A stretch of DNA of 63,599 nt, filler included, from Phoronis australis (Eukaryota > Animalia > Phoronida), in the NCBI GenBank assembly GCA_002633005.1. It is 5 parts of 5 records of this genome, joined end to end, with 100 filler letters (N's around TTAATTAATTAA, not from the genome) between each part and the next. Parts side by side here need not be neighbours in the genome. Positions count along the whole stretch, not along the records: positions 1 to 21,184 come from NMRA01000594.1; 4 more parts are not named here. One strand, written 5' to 3'. The notes beneath the pieces were generated by a model, which did no database searches, was not told the DNA's origin, and was given only the letters and a program-made list of their open reading frames with translations. Made by a program: the position numbers and the translations under genes. This document shows, in pieces, positions 1-12,367 of the stretch (the stretch's first letter is position 1; each line of letters begins with the position of its first letter).

Positions 1-752
1 TGAAGATACAAAGGTAAGCGTAAAAAAATTAAAATTGCCACTAGGGGGCACACCGGTAGTCGGATCCGTCCAAAAGTCGTCATCTTCCGTTGTTAACATC
101 ATATAAATATACTTACACAATTTCGTAAAGATCCTGCAAAAGGTTTAGGAGATACAGCCATAGGCACAAAAAAAACAAAACTGCCACTAGGAGGCGCCAC
201 AACAGTCGAAATCGTCGGAAAATCATCGTCAACCGTCCTCTACATAGTAAGAATATACATGCCAATTTTCACAATCATCCTTTGAGCGGTTTGGTTGATA
301 GAGGGGTGGACGCACAAAAGCAGACTCGAAAACACTAAAAATGGCCACTAGGTGGTGCAAACTATGTCAAATCCATCTGAAAACGGGAGGATAGCGTCAT
401 CTCACTAATAGGTGCCTACATACCAAATTTCATGAAAATCCGTTCAGGACTTTTGAAGATACAAAGGTAAGCGTAAAAAACTAAAATTGCCACTAGGGGG
501 CACACCGGTAGTCGGATCCGTCTGGAAGTTCGCACATGCCGTCCCATTCATGATTGGAACATATGTGCCAAATTTCTTGAACGTATGTCAAAGGGTTTTG
601 GAGATAGAGCTGCGGACGCCGGACGCCGGACGCCGCCCGCCCGGACGGACGGACGGACGGACGGACGAACGGACGGACGGACGGACGGACGGACGGACGG
701 ACAGATATGACGGCATAATGCGTCCACATATAAGTATGTGGGCGCATAAAAA
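1..752 (-). mobile_element. DINE-1/HINE-like (Helentron-associated) non-autonomous element with internal tandem repeats; cut by the window edge
   Basis: Read on minus: T-run (748-752), hairpin atgcgtccacata-taag-tatgtgggcgcat (718-747), (GTCC)n microsatellite (~613-703), then ~150 bp subrepeats forming a ~452 bp higher-order unit (1-70 recurs at 454-522). This matches the known DINE-1/HINE layout. Confidence 0.75.
613..703. repeat. (GGAC)n microsatellite
   Basis: Directly visible; accounts for the spurious RPSV/TDGR ORFs at 487-798. Confidence 0.95.
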
Positions 753-2827
753 TGAGGTGTAACCATGCAATAGGCCTGCTCAGAATTTCAGTTACCAACG
801 GGAACTGAATTTGAACCGCACCCGTTGAAGTGTGTACATTTTTGGGACACGCTCTATATCATTTTCCCAGCGACCAGAAACTGGACTACCACATGTGTTT
901 CATCACGGGATTCTGAGGCATCTGACCACTTTTGGGGGCCTTTTGGTTTGATGATTTTAATATCACAAATCATTGCATTTTATACAAAATCACTTTAAAA
1001 TGTGGTTAATTTTGCAAGTTGGACACGGCATAGAGCATATTCAAAGAATGCAATTAGGTGCCCACAAAGTGTGATACTGCATATAATATTTCCATAGATG
1101 CATGAATCATAAAACCACAAACGTTTTTTTCGCATTAAATACAATTGAATTCGAGTATCTACAAGCGAAATAAGGCCAAATACGTGTTTATGTGTATAAG
1201 TTTTACAAGGCTGATAAAATGTCTGACCTTCCTGTATAAAAAGAATTTGGAGTGTCTTCCTAATTAGAGCTGAACCAGGTATTGTAATGACCGAACAACG
1301 GATTTTTGAACCAGGGGAAGGTCAAGTCGGAGGAACATCAAGACAGGGGAATATTGTGTACAGAAAACAACAGTAGTCTACAGAGCAAGATTTATGGTTG
1401 TGTATAAAATTGCTATTAACCAGTAAAGGTAACCAAGATGTTAATTGACCTTGTAATATGTTAATGAAAGTATGGCGCACTTTGTATTCCACAGATGTTG
1501 GTAACAGTGTTTTCATAAGTCTACGCAAGTGTTAGAGCACTAAAAAGGCCAACATGGATGCACAAAAAGAATTCTTCCATTACTAGAGCTGTTCTTAAAT
1601 TGAACATGCTACATCAAACGTTGACAAAAAATGTGACAGTGTGAGAAATCATTTAAAAAACGTATGTATGTATTGTGGTAAGAAACCAAAAGTATGCAGA
1701 ATTAAAAACAAATATACAGACCATGTTAAAAATGACCAGTGGTGAATGACAAAAAGTCTTGATTGGCTAAGGGAACTTTTCGAATATACCACATGCTTGA
1801 AGCAATATCTAAAAAAGTGAAGTTGCTCCCCGACAATATCACAGGAAGAGAGGATTGAAGCTCTGACTCAAGGACTTTTACATGTGGTGGACTGTGAAGG
1901 TTTTATCTGTGTTAGTGTTAATAAAATATCACAGACCCGCTGTATACTAACTGCAGATTATGGACAAATAGCCTGAAAATTAGTCTTTAAAACAACACAC
2001 TGTTTAAAGTCAACCTTGACTGTAAAGCCTTTACATTTACTCGTCTGACCATGGCGAAAATTCTTCGACAACACGACAACATAATGGCAATCTGCTTACC
2101 ACACCCTGGTACTCGCGGCAGATAGAATGTACTTAGTGACTCGTTGGAAACGGAAACAACAATTGTCAATTCTATGCTTTTTTGTCGCGGTAATGCAGTA
2201 TGGTGCGTGAAAGCTACTCCTTGCGTTTGACTATTTAATTCACGCCCCCTAGAGTCGCTATGTCGTTGCTAGGACTTGAATAGTCTCCGGAAAATCTGGA
2301 TGGTGCAATGTGCCTACCATAGGAAAACGCTTTAAAACTAATTTAGAATTGATTATTAAGTAGTACACTCTTAGACACCCACAAGCAAGCACACACGCTT
2401 TTGAAGTTAACCACATATCTAACGGAAATGCACAGAACAAAGATAAAATCATAAAATCCATACTAGTAAACTGTGTAAATTTTGCCTTCGATGATGTCGT
2501 TCCAGGTTCCTTTAGTCTTTGCTCTGTCCTCTTTTTCTACAAATTCACAAATGTGGAAATGTAATTGGAATTAGTCAACGCGGACGTCGAAACCCCCACC
2601 CATCACACACAGCTACAATTTCAGAGCTTAACGCGTTGTTACACATGGTAACATGTACAGATGTAGCTAAATGAGACAAATTGAGATTTAAGAATAACCG
2701 ATTTTTCCCAATTTGCAAAAACCTTCCAGTGTAAAACCAATTATCATTTTTGGTTTGTAGTTGATACATTTCTACGGTGGCTCTAAAAAGGACAGCACGG
2801 CACGGCAACATTTTTCTCCGTTGCTAA

Positions 2828-3045
2828 CTCTATTATTAAGTCTATCAATAGACTTATGAACTCTATCGATAGAGTTACTATCTCTATCTATATACTTGTT
2901 AACTATATCGATTAACTTATTATCTCCATCGATAGACTTATTAACTCTATTGATAGACTTATTAACTCTAACGATAGAGTTACTATCTCTATCGATAGAC
3001 TTACTGTCTCTATCGATAGACTTATTAACAATATCGACAGAGTTA
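2828..3045. repeat. 21-bp minisatellite (consensus ~ctctatcgatagacttattaa), about 10 degenerate copies
   Basis: The palindromic core tctatcgataga recurs at 21-bp spacing, giving the repetitive SIDLLT ORF at 2896-3081. Confidence 0.85.
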
Positions 3046-5848
3046 CGATTTCGAGGTTGCTACCTTGGTTTCAATATATAAAGGATGACCGAAACAAGCA
3101 TATTGTCGATTTATCCAAGCTAGGACTGACTCAAAATGAAACAAGGTAGCCATGTTTCGTTTTGGAGCATCAATAAACACAAGGTAATTGTGACGTCTTT
3201 TTGGAGACTTATGGACTTCTGCGCCGTAAAATATGTCTGACACTGATTAAGTGGTTCTTTTTTTAAAGATTTGCTATCACCTGAGGCCCTTTGATTTTAT
3301 TTTAATTTGTCTTTTGTAGCTTAGTCATTGCATGTCATCCCGTTCTCCCTTGAGGTCATATGATAAATAATTGCACATGAAGAATTCAAACAGTTAGTTC
3401 CGTTGCAGCTATACATTTTGTTTATATATACAACTTTGATAGGAGGGTGAATGTTTGCAGTGAAACGTGAATAGTCCTTATTCACTATTTTTTCATTTAC
3501 TACGTAAGCCAACACTGCGTGTATTATCTTACTCATATGGAATACATTTGCCTGCGCGAAAGTAGTTCACTTCTATCATTTTGCTCGGTAGACGGCGCTT
3601 TTGTAAACATGGTGGCTCGTGATTTCTGGTTTAGGCAGTAGACCTATCGCGTTTTTGAATCAATGTAAATGTTACTGAACAACTGTTGTAAATGCCGACT
3701 CAGATCAATGTCCGAACCCGAAATCTAACCTGGACCAGCCATGTACACCTGCACGGTAGTACTTGCTTAAAAAGTGAGTTAAAAGGGGTCATCAGTGAAT
3801 GGCCGCTTTGACTTCAACTTCTCAGAGTTTAGTCTTATCACACCTAACTACTTTGAAAACATGTCGGATATAATGTTCCCTGGTTTTGCCAGATGGAACA
3901 CGGTCAGTGACAGCAAAGGTCTAGATTTGACCAGGCGAATACATGTGTTTTTGGTCACTTTATACTAGGGAAAATGGGAAACGAACGACAGGACAAGGAC
4001 ATGGTCGAAACACATTGATGAATGTAGCAACTGAATAACATTCCTATTATTCGGTGGATTAGATAGTGACCACCGTCTCTAGCTGGCCCCAGTACTGCAG
4101 CGCTTCTGAGAGTTTCTTACATTGATAGATTTTTGATGACTTATGGCATGCCTCACACCGATTAAAACATCAAAATCATGTAGTTTAAGTACCTCTTGCT
4201 CATAGAGAGACACCTTAGGTACCCATTGGTATCTTTAATTTCTTCCAACTCAAACAAATACTCCTGTAATGTAACTGTTTCTACAATCAGTCCTTCGTTC
4301 AGTTGCCCAAATCGTCAAATGGCCAGTTTTACACTGCGCGCCCACCTATTTTTACTGCGCCCGCCAGTGTGAGGCACAATTCGCCTTAAACCTTCCGACT
4401 TATGTTACTATCAGTGGATGAAACTCGTTATCCATGTCAGGGACCATAATATCCGAGCAGAGTCATATTTTGTAATTCTGTAACTATAGAATTTTTGCAA
4501 AAGGTTAATTAAACATATTTCCCATCTGCAGTTCTAAAATTGATCAGGTTGATTAAAATTTTACAGCCGTAAGTCAACTCTCTTGAACACAGACCTATCA
4601 AGCTTTGGCCAGCCGATTGATACTTCCAGATGTTGTTAATAGGGCATGCCATTATTTCTTATCATACACTTACTTGATATGCAAACAGACAGGTTAAGAA
4701 AATATCCTAATGTAGCTCGTCTTTAAGCGTGCATTTTGCCGAGAACACTCAAAATTGTGTGAAGGTTTGCACAGCAAACTAAACTCTGCAACTCGCCGAA
4801 TAAGAAATTTTCTCCGACGCTCACTTCAATAGAATGATCATTGCCCCTGAAATCTCGCTCACAAAATTTAAACATTGCATTTGAACTAGCTTTCATAAAG
4901 TTTATTAAACCAAGCATGTGTTTGAGTTCAACTACGACAAAAGCTAAATATATAACAAAGCGCAGTCCATATACGTTTGTATTTTGCTCACCTGTAACTT
5001 GTAAATCATCAGGTTGCCAATTGAGCTGCTCACTTTACGAAACTCACACAAAATGTCTGATGGATTGACACCCTCCTAAAACAAGCAAAAGTTCAGCAAT
5101 AAAAGGAAATTCTACTTTTGTTTTCATATGGTCAGGTGTAACATAATTATACATTACCTGCCAATTAGTGATATCTTGGCAATGTATATAACACTTTATA
5201 CTGACATGTAAATACACAAATTAAGACATACAAATGCACAGTGCATGAATTAATGTTTCAATGAAGTTATAAAAACACTTAACACTATATGGAATGAACA
5301 ACAAGAATTACACTTGTGAAATAAGAGACCTCTACCAGAATGATCAAGTACGGTTTGAACCTGTAATTGTTTGATTGGGAAGTTGACGCAAGGCTCATAC
5401 AAGTAGTTTCTGCCACAAAGTAGCTAAAATTTATGAAACTTCAAAACTCAGAGCAAGGGATGAGTTTGAAATCTCCCGACAAATCCCAAGGTCAGACAAG
5501 TTTGTCCATCAGTTGAAGCGATTAAAGGCGGTATTAAGCCTAGGGTTTCCGTCACAAACATAAACTAATACCGTGGTGAACTCGTTTCATAGTCGCAATA
5601 GGTGAGAATCTTGGGAAGTACTGACAGTTCTTTACTTGTTAAGGTCAAACCTACATCTTTAACGAGCATGTTCTGAAGAAATAACGAGTTTTCATTTTCC
5701 GAATTTCACTTCCGAACTGACTACATTGTAAGTTTAAGACAACGACGAATTTATAAAAGTTTAAACAGAAAGCACCGATTGTATGCCGCTTTAATCAACG
5801 ACTGTAAAAATACAGTCCCGCATGAGCTACACGACATACGCACATTGT

Positions 5849-5898
5849 CAGTGGCGGATTTAGGGGGGGNCCCCTTGTCCCCCCCCTAAATCCGCCAG
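5849..5898. mobile_element. Short hAT-type MITE relic (cagtggcggatttagggg...cccctaaatccgcca)
   Basis: Inverted repeat tggcggatttagggggg / ccccctaaatccgcca; related ends occur at ~32560-32605 and ~56300-56340. Confidence 0.5.
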
Positions 5899-7699
5899 AC
5901 ACCGTTTGAATGTTTGGGTGCGTTTACCTTTTTTAAGTCAACAGGTCGGCAACCCCAAACATTCGAGGCCTCTGCGACCCCACATTTTAGGCTGGGCGCT
6001 CGCATCTGTCGAAATTCTGGATATTACAGTGCATTGGCCCCCCAATCGTGGATCTGCCCTGATTGTTGCACTGTTTGTTTTCAATAGAAAGTCCCAATTT
6101 ACTCACTGCCATTGAGAAATGGTCGTTAGGTTCAATGATGATTTTATGTATCTCGAGAGGTATTTCTTCAATAGCAGGTGACAGCACCATTTTGTGGGGT
6201 GAAATCAATAATGATAGTTATCTTAGGTACTCAAGTACCAAGAATGAACTGTATTTGGACTCGACAAGGAGTGGCACCAAAAGTAGTCGCCAGACAGCGT
6301 TCAACCATAAGCAAACGGACAACTAATGTGCAAACGGATGCACCACAAAAGCTGTTTTGGTAGGGTGTGTTTATTGGTACCAAACTAATGGCCACTGAAT
6401 GGTGCAGGGTATATTACACGTGTCTTAGAAGAAAACTGACAAATAAAACCTTGAAGTCATACAAACCTATCAACAAACTCAGAAAGTAAACAAATCGAAT
6501 TTTCAGAGGGCCTCTATGCTGTTTTTGTCCATACAAGATAAGTCGCAACCTCTCTCTATTAAATAATAACCCAGCTGTTAAACTTCAAATGAGTTTGCAG
6601 TCAGTCGGATGACTGACCAACCACTTGTCGTCATGACACTTTGAGAGGTTTGTCAGACGCAGGGGTGAAAACAAGCTCGAAAAATTCCACAAGGTGACTC
6701 ACAGTGGGTCGAGTCAATCCGAATATTAAGATGTTCTGTTGTCCACATAACAGAAACCTATTTGCAAAGTTTCTCTAAAAAGTTACAGTGAAGCTAATGT
6801 AAAATATAATTGACTCTCGATGGCCCAACGTTATTCAGATCCGTCGTAACATTGTCGTTATCCACTTTCACATGCACAGGAAAGCACTGCCGAAATTTTC
6901 CCAAAGTTCCAACCATGAAATAATTTAGGAAATACATTCGCAGACACAAAAAATACAACTTTGGAGCATAGTAGTGCGGACAGTCAGCCATAACAACTAA
7001 AAACAAATTAGAGCGGAACATTCATATGCTCTCACTACGTGCGTCGCATGCAGTGAGCATAAAAGATGTAACCACTCCCACTAAAAAATAATGTTAGCAA
7101 ATTTACTATCCTAGATAGGAACATACCTGTCATCATGAATCTAAGACATACAGAGGAAAAAGACGCACACTACAGATAATACAGAAACACTTTCACAGTC
7201 TATTCGGAGCTCAACGTTTGGTCAAATACAGCTATTGTTTACGTGAATGTAAATCATCGCCCTCAATTGTTCTTTCCAAAACAAAAATGCATCTCTTGGA
7301 GATCCATCTCAAGACTTGCTTTGAGTCAAAATGAAAATAAGTGATTTGCCACAAGAGAGTTCCACAGGATTCTGCCCTTCTCAAAAATGATCGTCAGCAA
7401 TGCAATTTCCAGTGTAGATATGTACATGTATGCCAATGTTCTTGATACGTCATACACCCATACTGTGAAATGGCCAATAGAGAGACAGTCGCCAATAAAG
7501 GAAACAGACATAAAATAAAAATGGTTAAAAATGGCATGAGATTGTGAAGATTTTGACGTATTTTAATTGAAATCCATCTTTAACACCTTTGGAAGCTACA
7601 TAGAGAAACGTAAACATTTGACAAAGGGGGAACACAGGTAATAGGCTCCATCAGAAACTCATCACCCGCTGTTACGCACCTCCCTACAGATACATGTAC

Positions 7700-8250
7700 A
7701 ATATGTTAATGTATGCCAGTCAAAGTCAGCAAAGATCCTGCTAGAGGTTTAAGAGATATGACTGCAAAACTTCCAGTAGAGGTTGCCAAAATAGTCATTT
7801 CCGTTCGAAAACCATTATCAGCTGCAGTCTTCCATGTAGGACACGTATTTCAATGCTCATATTAATCCTTAGAGAGGATAGAGAGAACGATGACAAAACT
7901 CGACATTTGTAAAAATGGCGACTAAGTAGCATGCAATACGTCGAAAATAACATGTGTTCGAAATGGTAAGGTATCGTTACATGTAGAATAGAAATATATC
8001 TGAGGAGCTCCAAAGATACATAAGACGTAAACATATAAAATTGCCACAAGGAAGCACAGCGACAACCACCTTGGTCCAAAACTCGTCTTCATCCATCGAA
8101 AACTTTATAGAATCACTACTGCATATCACGTCTCACTAATATCCTGCAACAGCCGGCAGTGTTCATCAACCCACGAAGCCGGATGCCCAGAGTCCGAAAG
8201 CACACAAACAGATGAAAGGAATGTTCACCCAGATATGCGCACAAAAATGA
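7700..8250 (-). mobile_element. Old, degenerate copy of the HINE-like family seen at 1-752
   Basis: gcaaagatcctgctagaggtttaagagata resembles gtaaagatcctgcaaaaggtttaggagata (125-154); aagataca...aaaattgccacaagg resembles aagataca...aaaattgccactagg; ends gcgcacaaaaatga versus gcgcataaaaatga. Confidence 0.6.
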
Positions 8251-8713
8251 AAATATGGCCAGTTGTTTTCATTTACTACTCCCCGTAATTACAATTAATT
8301 AATTTTCATTTTCGTGATTAGAGGAAGAGGCCTATGGCATAATTGACCACATCTGACACGGTAACTCTTATTACAAACTTTATATTCGTGGCGTGTGTGA
8401 CATTTTCCACTTTATGCCTATCACCATTAACGCAGACCAACGACATAACTATGCAGGGTTTGCTCTGAACACCAATAGCATATGCCAGAAGCACTCGTTA
8501 ACTGAGTAAGTGCAGACTCGCAACAATATGTCTTACAATAGTAACAAGGAGAGAGACGTTCGGGTGGAGTAGTTTTCGTCTCCCAAACTCGCTGCCTCGT
8601 TTACAATTGAGCTGGTTCAAGTAACAGACGAAACTCGATACATTCAGCAAATGTAGCGGGAAAAAGTCCACTCTGATAACCTTTCCTCGCCCTGTAGCTT
8701 GTAATGTACTCAC

Positions 8714-8812
8714 CTCGTTATATACATCTGTGTTAGGTGCTGCCTCTTTTAACAAGTGAAACACGCCATGGTTACCTCCAAAAGCAGCGTAATGCAGCGG
8801 GAACATTCCATC
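8714..8812 (-). CDS. Ankyrin-repeat protein exon (last of the five visible): DGMFPLHYAAFGGNHGVFHLLKEAAPNTDVYNE
   Basis: 99 bp, phase 0-0, tag acceptor (8813-8815), gtgagt donor; fits the ankyrin consensus G-x-x-PLH-x-AA-x-x-G. Confidence 0.85.
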
Positions 8813-8834
8813 CTACAAGAATACATTAAGCTTA

Positions 8835-11800
8835 TAGTCCAGTCATTCTAGAGCTCCAGAGGGCCCAACCTAGAAAAAATTGCAACAGAAGTTTTTTTTT
8901 GCATAAATGGCATCTTCAAACATCCCTTGGTGTCAGAAAAAAAATCTACCGAAATCGGAGTGGCGGAAGTCGGTTTTTCAAGATCGCGGACAAAATGGCC
9001 CACAAAACCGGTGATTACTGTTTTCTGGCATATTACTCTTATGTAACAGCTAAAAATAAAACAATAAAGTTTGTCACTGGTTATATACTTTTCATAACAG
9101 GCATACCAATCAAAAGATGCCAATTTTCCGTAAAATAAAACCAATATGGCCGACAAAATGGCGGCCGAAACGACAATTTGGTACATGTTGCAAGATTTCT
9201 TTTTATATTTTGCCCTGAAAATGGCAAAAGTTTTATTCTTTTGTAAGTTAGACAATTGAAAATATCTGGACCTTACAACTGGTCACTGGTTTGCGAAAAA
9301 AAAATCAAGATGGCTTACAAAATGGCCGCCAAAATGGCTGCCAATTCACAAACCCTAATTTACAGCATTTACGATCTGCAAAGTTTGTATGTAACCTGAT
9401 ACGCATTTACACAAAAACATTTTACAATCTACAGTCAGGGTTAATGAGTTGATTGTTTCTATAATTTGTTTCTTAAGATTTATTTGCTAAATGTGGAATT
9501 TCAATCACATTTCAGATTACCTAACATAAAAGTTGGTGTGTTTTTCAGAAAAGGCTTTAGTTAAATTTTCATAATAAATTTCACAAACTCAATTATTTTT
9601 CTGTAAAATATATTCATTTGAGGTATCAAAAATAACATTTGTTAGAAAAGTCTGTTATTCTGGTGGAGTCATTGGCTTATTCATTATACAAACCCTTAAT
9701 AAAATTGGGCAGGAAGTGGCTTTTTTCTCTGCTATTGGAGATATTATTAGTTGTTCCCAAGCATAGATTTCGTCTGCTGCTGGCATGTATTGAGACTTTG
9801 GCTGCGGATTTCACCTGAATTTGATGAAAAGCAAATAGGATTGTGTAACAAAAAGTCATTGATTAAATTTTAATAGTTAGGACCCACAATTTGCTTAATA
9901 TGCATGGTTTTTATGAATATAGGTAACTGATTTTAGAGGAAATTAGTGCCTGCAAACAAAACGATAGTGATCTGCAGTCACTTGTTCTTAGCCAGGCTTG
10001 GAAGATTTCATACTGAGATGAGCTTTCTGAAATGTATTGGATATATACTGTTAAGCACAGGGCTTCAAGGAGTTCTTGAGACGGTGTAAGCATCAAACAG
10101 TGTGATCCTTATGTTAAATGAAAAAAGTATGGATGGAGCAGTGAGGGGCCATATGTTGGTAGACTCAGCACTGAATGCTATCATAAAAGCCAGAGCATTC
10201 AACATCCCACTTCCAAATATTGACAGATCAAGTAACGCCAATCCAAAACCAATGAAGAAAGAAATTCAGGTTCTTCAGAAATTCCAGGAGTCCGGAATGT
10301 CACCAACACAGAACACACAGATTACATGCCAAGAGGTGGAGCAGTTCAATGCTTGTATACAAATTTTGGCTCGTCAGAATATGGAGACAGATTCTTCAGA
10401 CATCTCAGACATCCCAAATGATCACATAACTATATGTATACTCTGGGGCATGCCATGCGCAGCCAGTGTCTTCCGATTCTGAACCTTGGATTACAGTGGA
10501 ATGCCCTCACGAGAGCTCACTTCTGGTTTCCGACCTACTGCCATTGGTATATTCAAACACGTCTGAATCAGAGTATAGGTCTTCAGAATTCACAGTGGCA
10601 GAGAATAGTTCGTCAGAAGAATCAATGGCCAATGATATTCTTCATGATGATTTGAGAGCTGGTCTGAAGCGGTATGATGATGTTATTGCTGGCATGACGT
10701 CTGTTTCCGACGACGTATGCTCGTCGGAGTGTCTTGTGGGTATTCATAAAAAATCAAAGCACATAAATCAGACTTGTCCATGCAAAGTCCAATCATTAGT
10801 CTTTGACTACAGTTTATGAAGATGATTGACATCCTTCGAATTTTTTAAAAGCAGAAATAACGTCAGATTGGGAGCTTCACCTAAAAGCAGTTTCTGAAAT
10901 GCTGCCTTACTTTGCAGCTGCTGGTCACAACTCTTATGCAAAATCTTCATACATATACTTGACTGAAGGAGACGTAGCAACTCAAAGACACCTGTCCAGA
11001 AGTCTACGGCCAACAAACCATAAGACAAATTGACAGATTCTGGGCAGGTTTTTTATAATGAGATATGATCTTGTAATTGAACAAATGCTCATGAAAAGTA
11101 TTAAAACAACAGGAGGTTTAACTAGAGGTTGCGAAATGGGAGATACACAGAGTGCATCGTGGCTGCTTTCCTTGCCGGCATGCTCAAGTATAAATGGTGC
11201 CATGCAGACTGTGACAAACTTGAGTTGTGAAACAAGTCAGCAGCATAAAGAATGTACCCAGGCAAGACAGTCGCGTGACGACAAAGACATCCGCAGCATT
11301 GTTGAATTCCTCCACAACAGTACCGTAACCCATTTTAAAGAGAAACATTACAGATCATCGCCACTGGTGTGACTGCAAGCAAATGCGTCAGTGCCGAAAA
11401 TGCCAGAGAAGTGGGGAAGGCGGTTCACTTGTCTATGAAAGGGCAAGGACTTCACATTCAGAAAGAAAGACAAGGTTGTGGCAATGACAAGTCAATCAGT
11501 TCATGCTGCTAATAGTAATTTTACACAAGTGGATCCACGACTGCTATTTCAGCGAATCCTGACAGCTGCAAAAGACAACAGTGAAAGTTCATCAAGTTTG
11601 ATCTGTGTGTTGGTTCCCCTGTCCTTTTTGATACATCTGGTTTTCCCAGAGTCGCTAATAAATCAAATTAGTTGGTGCACTCTGGTCAAGTGGAGGACTA
11701 CCTGAGGATTTCAATTTCCAGCAAACACGGTGATGCATGTAATCGACGGCGGTTTTTCCTTCACCGTATTCCATGGCCTAGAAGTGCAATGTATCAGTCA

Positions 11801-12367
11801 TTTGGTAGAGCTTATGTGGATTACATCAGCAAGTGCACCCACCCTATTGTTGTTGTTGATGGTTACTGAGATGGACCATCAACTAAAGATGTCTCTCATG
11901 TTCGAAGACTGTGTGGGGTGGTTGGAACTGAAGTTCACATCAATGGTGACATGATGATCAAATAAAAAAGGAACATTTTTGGCAAAAAACAAAAACAAAC
12001 GATTCACTCACTTCTTGTCAAGTTTGCTAAGAAATGCTGGTGTGAAGTTCTGCGACTCAAGTAGATTTGGCGGCCATCTTGGAAAATGGCGGACGGTGTC
12101 ACCACAGCCATGTAAAACTATTTCCAATGGATTTTTTGACCCACAAAACACAGGTAAATCTTTTTGAATTTTTGCTCTAGCACATTCCACTCTTGAGTTA
12201 AAGTGCACGTCAGAAAATCCATTTTGTCCGCATCTTGAAAAAAAAAAAATTCCGCCACTCCGATTCCGGTAGACTTTTTTCCCACTAAGGGGTATGAAAG
12301 GATACGATTTATGCAATAAAACCTTCTGTTGCAATTTTTCCGAGTTATCCGTAGAATGACTGGACTA
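8835..12367 (+). mobile_element. Academ-superfamily DNA transposon (both ends present, transposase decayed)
   Basis: Imperfect TIRs of ~150-165 bp beginning TAGTCCAGTCATTCTA (8835) and ending TAGAATGACTGGACTA (12367); 3-bp direct flanks TTA/TTA; TAG termini with a 3-bp TSD are characteristic of Academ. Confidence 0.8.
9960..12045 (+). pseudogene. Academ transposase pseudogene (frameshifts and stops)
   Basis: Fragments RLGRFHTEMSFLKCIG, AVRGHMLVDSAL, MLPYFAAAGH, DLVIEQMLMKSIKTTGGLTRG, VDPRLLFQR, HVIDGG..LHRIPWP and VVDGY*DGPSTKD..H..R; the last part resembles the XPG/PIN-like domain of Academ. Confidence 0.75.

Noticed and set aside
487-798. ORFs with RPSV/TDGR repeats
   Set aside because: They are translations of the (GGAC)n microsatellite.
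2776-2796. Histone 3' stem-loop-like sequence on minus (tgtcctttttagagccacc)
   Set aside because: The stem has mismatches and there is no histone ORF upstream.
7330-7470. Possible terminal exon of the ankyrin gene (YGCMTYQEHW...)
   Set aside because: Only an acceptor-like site, with no ankyrin or other domain signature.
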